The translations under genes and the position numbers were made by a program. From Minisyncoccota bacterium (lineage in GTDB: Bacteria > Patescibacteriota > Minisyncoccia > Phycocordibacterales > JBAZVT01): a stretch of 64,000 bases of DNA. Positions within the stretch are counted from its first letter, which is position 1; each line of letters begins with the position of its first letter. Location of the stretch: NCBI GenBank assembly GCA_041660745.1, contig JBAZVT010000002.1, forward strand, positions 15,210-79,209. The letters are read 5' to 3'. Shown here piece by piece: positions 57,525 through 64,000 of the stretch. The notes under the pieces are model-generated. The model was given only the letters and a program-made list of their open reading frames with translations, did not search any database and was not told the origin of the DNA.

Positions 57525-58721
57525 TTATAGCGTATCTCTAATATGTAGTGCAAAGTATACTGCACCAATCATACAGGCGCCCAGGACGAGGAATCCATGT
57601 CCCAGATTTGTGACGAGGAGTGTAGTGGAAACAATGATGGGGGTGATAATATATGAAACAGGCCTCATCATACGGAAGAGACTGATTTTGTTACTTTCTT
57701 CGGGTTTAATTTTTTTGAAGAAATAGCTTTCGGTACATATCTCCACAATACTTGCTCCTGTGCGTGTTAGGAATAAAAGTATCGCCCAGACAGCAACTCC
57801 TGTCGTTGTGGGAAACGCCAGGGCCATTGAAGAGAATGCAATGATAATGAACCCGACAATAAGCATTTCTTTTTCTCCAAGCACATTATCTGCGAGCCAT
57901 CCAACAGGCAATTCAAAAATAAGAAATGGAATAAGCATGATTGAAAATACAATGCCGATTGCTGCCCAACTCATACCTATGTGCTCATGCAAATAGACTG
58001 GAGTGTAGATGACCATCCACGCATAAAAGAATTGTAAGAAAAAGTTTGCAATGGTGATGTTTCGGAGATCCTTGGTTTTCCAGGTAGAGCGGATTGTTTC
58101 AATGAGTCGGATGTCGTTGTAAGGCAGATCTTTGAAAGTTTTGAACTCAACCCTGAGTAGTAAAAGCATGGGGATGAGCGCAACACCGGCAAGAGCAAAT
58201 ATCTTCCAATAGTCACTGTCAGTAGTAATTAGTAATCCAGATATAAATGGGGTGCAAATCAATGCAAAATTTCCCATTGTAAAATATAGCGCATGGATTT
58301 TACCCATGTTTGGATTTTCGGTAGAGGTTTTGGATTGGGAGTACTTTTCTAAGAATTCATCCAAGTTAAGAAACAGAACCGATAGAATTGCTTGTTGAGC
58401 AATGAAAGCAACTGCGATTGTTGCGAAGGAATTTCCAAATATAAGTCCTGTAACGCAGAGTGCTTCTCCAAATATTGCAAAAAGCATTGTTTTATAGTTT
58501 CCCAATGAGCGTATGATCTTTGGGAAATAAATATAAAAGAAAATACTGAGTATTGATCCAGCGGTATAGAGAAAACCAATAGTCCTGTCCGAAGCAAATT
58601 TATTGAGAAATGATGAGTTTATAAATAACGGAAGGTAGCTGTGAAGTGACAAAAAGAGCATGAGGAGATATACCATCTCAAGCATTTTATTGCGTTTAAC
58701 CGCGCGAAGTATTGTGTGCAT
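57525..58721 (-). CDS. MFS transporter
   Basis: 12 predicted TM helices; alternative start 58769. Confidence 0.7.
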   Translation of the reverse strand: MHTILRAVKRNKMLEMVYLLMLFLSLHSYLPLFINSSFLNKFASDRTIGFLYTAGSILSIFFYIYFPKIIRSLGNYKTMLFAIFGEALCVTGLIFGNSFATIAVAFIAQQAILSVLFLNLDEFLEKYSQSKTSTENPNMGKIHALYFTMGNFALICTPFISGLLITTDSDYWKIFALAGVALIPMLLLLRVEFKTFKDLPYNDIRLIETIRSTWKTKDLRNITIANFFLQFFYAWMVIYTPVYLHEHIGMSWAAIGIVFSIMLIPFLIFELPVGWLADNVLGEKEMLIVGFIIIAFSSMALAFPTTTGVAVWAILLFLTRTGASIVEICTESYFFKKIKPEESNKISLFRMMRPVSYIITPIIVSTTLLVTNLGHGFLVLGACMIGAVYFALHIRDTL

Positions 58722-58820
58722 AGGCAATATTATAGCAGGAAAGCTTACAAAGCTGAAAGCTGTACACATATAAGAAACGGCGCCCTCTGGACGCCGTTTC
58801 TTTCCTTTTGTCTATATTAT

Positions 58821-60806
58821 TTACACTCCCAACACGACTGGTATAACAATAGGTTTCTTGGCTGTTTGCTGGAAGAGGAAACGGCTGATAGCTTCAGTGA
58901 TTGCCTCTTTTACAAAATCAAAGTTGATTGGATTCATTCCTGCGGTCTCGTCTTCGATTGTTTTCTTGATGATGAGACGAGCTTGTTGTAAGAGATCTTG
59001 AGATTCGCGTAGATAGACGAAACCTCGGGAAATGATATCTGGAGACTTGCGAAGCTTGCCAGTCTTTAGGTTGATTGTTGCAATGATGACAAACATGCCT
59101 TCTTCTGCAAGCATTTTTCTATCACGAATAACAACCTCCTGGATGTCGCCAATAGAGAAACCGTCAACCATCATAGGTGACGATGAGGCTTTTTGTTTTA
59201 ATCGAACAATGCGTTCGCCATTGTTTTGGATTTCTATGATTGTGCCGTCGTCAGGAACGATGATATTTTTCTCTGGGAATCCGAGGTTCTGTATTGCTTC
59301 GGCGTGAAGTCTTAGCATGTAGTGTGTACCATGGATAGGTACAAAGAATTTCGGATTGATTTTCTTGAACATCCATTCAAGTTCTCCACGATTTCCGTGA
59401 CCTGATGAGTGAATGAATACTTCTGATGTTCTATAGTGAATAATACGTGCTCCTTGGCGCGCAAGGTTGTCTTTAAGTTTCTGAACAGTTTTCTCGTTAC
59501 CAGGAATTATGGATGAGGAGAGAAGAACGGTATCACCTTTGCGAAGCTTAAAATATTTGTGGGATTTCGTGGCAATACGCATTAATGCTGCAAACTCTTC
59601 TCCTTGGGCACCGGTGGTAAGGGCAATGATGCGATCAGCGGGGTAGTTCTCAACTTCCTCTGCAGCGATAATAGTATCTTTTTTAATATTGAGCATGCCA
59701 ATATGAAGAGCAACCTCGATGTTGTTTTTCATACTGCGTCCTTCTACGATAACTTTCTTACCATACTTTTCTGCAATTTCAATAATCTTGATGACGCGTT
59801 CAAGTTGTGATGCGAAGGTACCTATGATCAAACGTCCTTTGATGTTTTTTATAATCTCATCAAGGTTTTCGTGAACGATACGTTCTGGTGTTGAAAATCC
59901 AGGGTTCTCCACATTGGTGGAATCATTCATCATAAGTAACACATTCATATCCTTGAAACGTGCGTATTCTTTTTCTTCTGCTTCTGTAGGGATACCATCG
60001 TAGTGATCGAGCTTTGGATCTCCTGGTTCCACGATTGCACCTAATGGGGTATGAACAACAACGCCCATAGAATCAGGAATGGTGTGACTGACAGAAAAGA
60101 AACTCACTTTCATTGTGTCGCTAATTCGAACGGTATCTTCTTTTTCTACAACATGGATATTGAGTGCTGCAACGTGAGGAAATTCTTCCTGACGTTTCTT
60201 TATCATGATTGTGGTGAGTGCGCGGGAATAGATTGGTGGATTACCAATACGATCCATGATGTAAGGGATGGCGCCAATATGGTCTAAGTGACCGTGTGTA
60301 ATGAATATTGCACGAACCTTGTCTTTTCGTTCTTCTAAATATTTCGTGTTTGGTAAAATATAATCAATACCAGGCGTATCGTCTTCTTTGAACTGGAAGC
60401 CCATATCGATTACGACAATGTCGTTCTTGTATTCAATGGCATACATGTTACGTCCAATCTCTTCTACTCCTCCAAGTGGAATAACACGAATTGTGTCGGT
60501 GGCCATGGGGGGGATCTTTTCATCTTCTTTCTTGTCTGGAGAAACATGCATTTTGTCAGTAGGCTGCCATGTTAAGTTTTGGCGTGAACCATTGCCTCCG
60601 TGTGAGGAAGGCCTGTTGCCCCGAGGACTCATACCAGTGGAGTGCGTTTTTCCTGGCGTAAATTTACGATCATGTGAAAATTTACGGAAGGGAGGATTAC
60701 CCGCTGGTTTTTGACTGGGGGTTTTTTGTGAATTGTTATGAGAAGAGTCAGCGGGATCTTTTTGGATAGCACTGAAACTTATCGGTCCTTTGTTTTTGTT
60801 ATACAT
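58821..60806 (-). CDS. rnj: ribonuclease J (beta-CASP metallo-beta-lactamase) with ~100-aa low-complexity N-terminal extension
   Basis: HxHxDH (ITHGHLDHIGA), beta-CASP motifs, 661 aa. Confidence 0.9.
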   Translation of the reverse strand: MYNKNKGPISFSAIQKDPADSSHNNSQKTPSQKPAGNPPFRKFSHDRKFTPGKTHSTGMSPRGNRPSSHGGNGSRQNLTWQPTDKMHVSPDKKEDEKIPPMATDTIRVIPLGGVEEIGRNMYAIEYKNDIVVIDMGFQFKEDDTPGIDYILPNTKYLEERKDKVRAIFITHGHLDHIGAIPYIMDRIGNPPIYSRALTTIMIKKRQEEFPHVAALNIHVVEKEDTVRISDTMKVSFFSVSHTIPDSMGVVVHTPLGAIVEPGDPKLDHYDGIPTEAEEKEYARFKDMNVLLMMNDSTNVENPGFSTPERIVHENLDEIIKNIKGRLIIGTFASQLERVIKIIEIAEKYGKKVIVEGRSMKNNIEVALHIGMLNIKKDTIIAAEEVENYPADRIIALTTGAQGEEFAALMRIATKSHKYFKLRKGDTVLLSSSIIPGNEKTVQKLKDNLARQGARIIHYRTSEVFIHSSGHGNRGELEWMFKKINPKFFVPIHGTHYMLRLHAEAIQNLGFPEKNIIVPDDGTIIEIQNNGERIVRLKQKASSSPMMVDGFSIGDIQEVVIRDRKMLAEEGMFVIIATINLKTGKLRKSPDIISRGFVYLRESQDLLQQARLIIKKTIEDETAGMNPINFDFVKEAITEAISRFLFQQTAKKPIVIPVVLGV

Positions 60807-60857
60807 AATAATAGTTTGTTAATAATTTACTTAGAGTCTATAAAATTTCACTGACCC

Positions 60858-62642
60858 TTATTTTTGTCCAATAATTTTTTCTTTATCTGCAAATATTTTC
60901 CACACAGTATCGGTTTGTATAAACCAGTCTGAAATGGATGCAAATCGTTCTGAAGGAAGAGTAATTTTGCCAATATTTGAGCCTTGTATTTTCTTCGGCA
61001 TTATATATATAAAGTCGGGAGAATATATGAACACAGCTGGGTTATCTTTTGCAATTTCCTTTTCAAACTTCTTATAAATAGCAATTAATTCTTCCGAATC
61101 ACTCGTCTGTCTTGCTTGCTCAAGAAGTTTGTCGGCTGCTAAGTTCACATACATGGCAACATTGAGTCCGGGACTATTGCGTTGAGACGAATGCCAGAAT
61201 GCATAGAGATCTAAATCACGCCCCACAACTTCTCCAAACAATAACGCGTCATATTTTCGTGGAGTAATGATATCTTGTTGAAGATTGCCAATTTCATAGA
61301 CGGTCACATTAACCTTTGCGCCAACTTTTTCCCACGTCTCTTTTATTATTCCAGCAACTTTTTTTAAATCTGGGATGTCGGGAGTAGTGATGTCGAGCTG
61401 TAAAGCAATCTGTTTTTTATTGACGGTTTTTTTCATGAGACCATCGGTAGTATCAACTTTCCATCCTGCATCAGCAAGGATTTTTTTTGCATCAGCAATT
61501 CTGTCTGTTGTGGAGGCGCTCGTTTCAGCAATATCTATATCTATAAGTCCTGGAGGAATTGGACCGTCAGCACTTTCTCCATATCCAAGCAAGACATCTT
61601 GCACGATTTTTTCTCTATCAAGACTTACCTCAAATGCTTGGCGAACTTCTTTGTTTGCAAGAACTGGGGATTTGTTTTGGTTGAAAAAGACTCCGAAGAT
61701 TCGGGGGAGAGGTGTGACATTAATATTTCCGTTGTATTTTTTTAACTCCTCAGCTTTGGCTGGGGAAATACCACCTAAACTATCGATGTCTCCATTCTTG
61801 TATGCTGAAACAGCATCCTCCTCGTTTTGATAAAAGTATATTTCAAGCGTACTGATATGTGCTGTATCGTGAACATATTTTGCAAATGGTTTCAGTGTAT
61901 ATGATGTCGGTACGTCCTTTTCTCTGGCGATACTCTTGATCATATATGGTCCTGAACCAATAGGTGAAATGTTGTAACTCGAGAGAGGAAATGCATCAAT
62001 AGAAACATCTTTCCAAATATGTTTTGGGAGAATACCTAGTGTGAGGTTTGTGAGAAAGGGCGCATATGGTAATTTTTCTGGTGTAGTGAATTGAATCTCT
62101 TTTTCACTAACTATATTTACGATAACCTTGTCCCAGTTTGCACGTCGAGGACTTTTTACTGCGCTATCTTGAATCTTGTGGATTGTGAATTCAATATCGT
62201 CGGTAGTCAGGGGTGTACCATCATGGAAGGTGAGGTTGTCCTTCAAAATAAAAGTATATGTTTTGCCGTCTGTTGAAACGGAGTAGCTCGCTGCTAGGTC
62301 GGTTGTAAGTCCACCTTTAGGATCTGGTTTTAGGAGACCAGAATATATAAGTGCAGAAAGATCTCTGTCTGCTTCGGTAATTGTAAAAATAGGGTTAATG
62401 AAATGTGCGGGTGCACTGATAATGCCTTCTCGCAGTGTTCCGCCATGCGTAGGAATGGTTACCATGTAGTTGCGACTCATAAAAAAAGTAAGTAGAAGGG
62501 CACTTAGGCAGAGGAGGGTGGCAAAGGTGTAAAAAGCAAACTTTTCGGTGATTGAAAATGAGCCGATTGTTTTTATTATTTTTTGAGAACCGGGAAAATT
62601 GAAATGCGTCCCAAGTATAGAGAGAATTTTATTTTTATTCAC
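60858..62642 (-). CDS. ABC transporter substrate-binding protein family 5 (OppA/DppA-like), TM-anchored
   Basis: N-terminal TM, SBP_bac_5 architecture. Confidence 0.75.
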   Translation of the reverse strand: MNKNKILSILGTHFNFPGSQKIIKTIGSFSITEKFAFYTFATLLCLSALLLTFFMSRNYMVTIPTHGGTLREGIISAPAHFINPIFTITEADRDLSALIYSGLLKPDPKGGLTTDLAASYSVSTDGKTYTFILKDNLTFHDGTPLTTDDIEFTIHKIQDSAVKSPRRANWDKVIVNIVSEKEIQFTTPEKLPYAPFLTNLTLGILPKHIWKDVSIDAFPLSSYNISPIGSGPYMIKSIAREKDVPTSYTLKPFAKYVHDTAHISTLEIYFYQNEEDAVSAYKNGDIDSLGGISPAKAEELKKYNGNINVTPLPRIFGVFFNQNKSPVLANKEVRQAFEVSLDREKIVQDVLLGYGESADGPIPPGLIDIDIAETSASTTDRIADAKKILADAGWKVDTTDGLMKKTVNKKQIALQLDITTPDIPDLKKVAGIIKETWEKVGAKVNVTVYEIGNLQQDIITPRKYDALLFGEVVGRDLDLYAFWHSSQRNSPGLNVAMYVNLAADKLLEQARQTSDSEELIAIYKKFEKEIAKDNPAVFIYSPDFIYIMPKKIQGSNIGKITLPSERFASISDWFIQTDTVWKIFADKEKIIGQK

Positions 62643-62730
62643 GGGGAGTTGGAGATATCAGTGTATTGAAATGACACTGATATTGAAATTAAGAGTCTGC
62701 TTATAATCTAATCGCAAAATATATTATGGA

Positions 62731-62862
62731 AACTTGCTTGTCTGCTCACTCTTCTAAATTTTGGCTGCAAATCACTCACTCCTCCTCAACAGACTTATGT
62801 ATGCTTCGTTGGATTTCGTGATTTTCGCTCAAAATCTAGAAGACTGAACTAGACATTAGATT
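62731..62862. repeat. dispersed intergenic repeat, copy R2
   Basis: Homologous to 17203-17335 (same orientation on + strand). Confidence 0.6.
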
Positions 62863-62896
62863 CTTCGCAGCCTCTAAAACGAATAATAACGCGGGG

Positions 62897-63130
62897 TTAT
62901 CTCGTGATTATAGATACAAGAGATGCTGCCGCAAACAAGATTGCGATAATGATTGTTGCAATGAAAATGACTTTGTCAAAACCACGACGGGTGCGGAAAC
63001 CTGCAGAAGAGCCGTCTGATCCAAATGAAGAACCGAGCCCTGCCTCAGATGTCTGTATCAAAACAGCCACCACGAGAAGTGCTGATAGAACGAGCTGTAT
63101 ATATGGCAATAAGTTCAGGATCGATGTCAT
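62897..63130 (-). CDS. secG: preprotein translocase subunit SecG
   Basis: 2 TM, LIQTSEAGLGSSFG motif, 77 aa. Confidence 0.7.
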   Translation of the reverse strand: MTSILNLLPYIQLVLSALLVVAVLIQTSEAGLGSSFGSDGSSAGFRTRRGFDKVIFIATIIIAILFAAASLVSIITR

Positions 63131-63263
63131 TTGAAGTATATGCTAGCACAGGATACTGAGTCGGGCAAGTAGGTGTTGTGTGTGGGTGTTGATAGTAAAA
63201 AACAGGAAATGAAAATCAAATGCGCTTTTTGAGTGCTGTTTTGTATGGTATAGTCTTTCTATT

Positions 63264-63336
63264 GTCCCCGTAGTTAAATGGATTATAACAGTCCCGTCCT
63301 AAGGGATAGTTGTCAGTTCGATTCTGGCCGGGGACA
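63264..63336 (+). tRNA. tRNA-Arg (CCT)
   Basis: GTCCCCGTAGTTAAATGGATTATAACAGTCCCGTCCTAAGGGATAGTTGTCAGTTCGATTCTGGCCGGGGACA. Confidence 0.75.
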
Positions 63337-63522
63337 CATGAGCGCAGTGAATGTGCTCCGAGAAAAGCTCCGGGGGAGCTTTGTGCCAGAATCGAAGCCT
63401 GCTTGAGATTTTCTTGAGTGACTACAGTGGGTGGTGCCGTTCTCAGGCACCATTTACTATAGTTACCCGCGAGCGGTATCTGCACGAAAAAGAAAATCCA
63501 AGTAGGGTACTGAAACTGTAAG

Positions 63523-63544
63523 TTTCGATTCTGGCCGGGGACAC
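63523..63544 (+). repeat. direct copy of tRNA-Arg 3' terminal 22 nt (tRNA-linked repeat)
   Basis: gtttcgattctggccggggacac vs tRNA gttcgattctggccggggacac; spacer also has inverted T-loop fragment ccagaatcgaa at 63385-63395. Confidence 0.7.
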
Positions 63545-63564
63545 CCGTGATATAATAATTACCT

Positions 63565-64000
63565 ATGAATCCAAAAATTCTCATCGCACAACCAGAAGCA
63601 GAGTATGAACTTCTTGATTCTGGAGAAAATGAAAAACTTGAACGATATGGTTCGGTAGTTTTGTCTCGCCCGGATCCACAGGCTTTGTGGAGGCGGTCTC
63701 TACCTCATGCAGAATGGATAAAGGCATCTGCAAAGTTTGAGCGTGGTTCACGAGATGGTTATGGTGCGTGGAAGCTTGGGGCAGAAACTCCTAAGCGTTG
63801 GAATATTTCATATGGAGGATTGAAATTTGTAGTAAAGCCGAGCGCTTTCAAACACACAGGTATTTTTCCAGAGCATGCTCCAAACTGGCAATGGATTCGT
63901 GAAAAAATATCTGAGGCCGGTAGAGAAGTGTCCGTGTTGAATTTATTTGGGTACACAGGAGGCGCATCACTCGCGGCTGCACAGGCGGGGGCAAAGGTGT
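63565..64000 (+). CDS. partial CDS (5' part): RlmI/RlmK-like SAM-dependent rRNA methyltransferase
   Basis: MNPKILIAQPEAEYELLDSGENEKLERYGSVVLSRPDPQALW…LNLFGYTGGASLAAAQAGAKV; runs off window end; TATAAT at 63551-63556. Confidence 0.55.
   Translation, partial: MNPKILIAQPEAEYELLDSGENEKLERYGSVVLSRPDPQALWRRSLPHAEWIKASAKFERGSRDGYGAWKLGAETPKRWNISYGGLKFVVKPSAFKHTGIFPEHAPNWQWIREKISEAGREVSVLNLFGYTGGASLAAAQAGAKV

Overview
This is a low-GC (~38-40%), gene-dense bacterial window with standard genetic code (TAA/TAG/TGA all stop, and RF2 is present), weak Shine-Dalgarno usage and many small hypothetical membrane proteins; this suggests (inference) a reduced-genome, possibly CPR/Parcubacteria-like organism. 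Main content in order:

- **1-8.5 kb:** a type IV pilus/pseudopilin locus (pilin, prepilin peptidase, four pseudopilin-like genes, a Cys-rich secreted protein), followed by three tandem paralogous secreted proteins with near-identical 5' ends.
- **8.5-13.1 kb:** ligA and gatCA, then a HEPN-like membrane protein (12380-13105).
- **13.1-14.5 kb:** a tRNA cluster (degenerate initiator-like fMet, Asp, Met, Thr-GGT, Thr-CGT) with an unusual recurring tRNA-linked spacer module.
- **14.5-19.8 kb:** a csoR-copA copper-resistance cluster with an HMA-permease.
- **20-27.8 kb:** prfB, ftsEX, pyrG, msrAB and a GC-rich NMO/FabK-like gene.
- **27.9-35.1 kb:** an ABC-2 exporter, then lexA with a Cheo-type LexA box.
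- **35.1-39.4 kb:** tRNA-Gln followed by a type IIG restriction-modification enzyme and dinD.
- **39.6-57.4 kb:** tspO, rsuA, LRR, FemAB-peptidase-TPR fusion, HD/NUDIX/ASCH, a DEAD-box helicase, rsmG, sanA, SdpI, CapA and a methyltransferase.
- **57.5-64 kb:** an MFS transporter, RNase J, an OppA-like SBP, secG, tRNA-Arg and a partial rRNA methyltransferase.

Two unrelated dispersed repeat families, several strong Rho-independent terminators and two lysine-rich micro-ORFs were also noted. No CRISPR array, integrase or transposase was seen.
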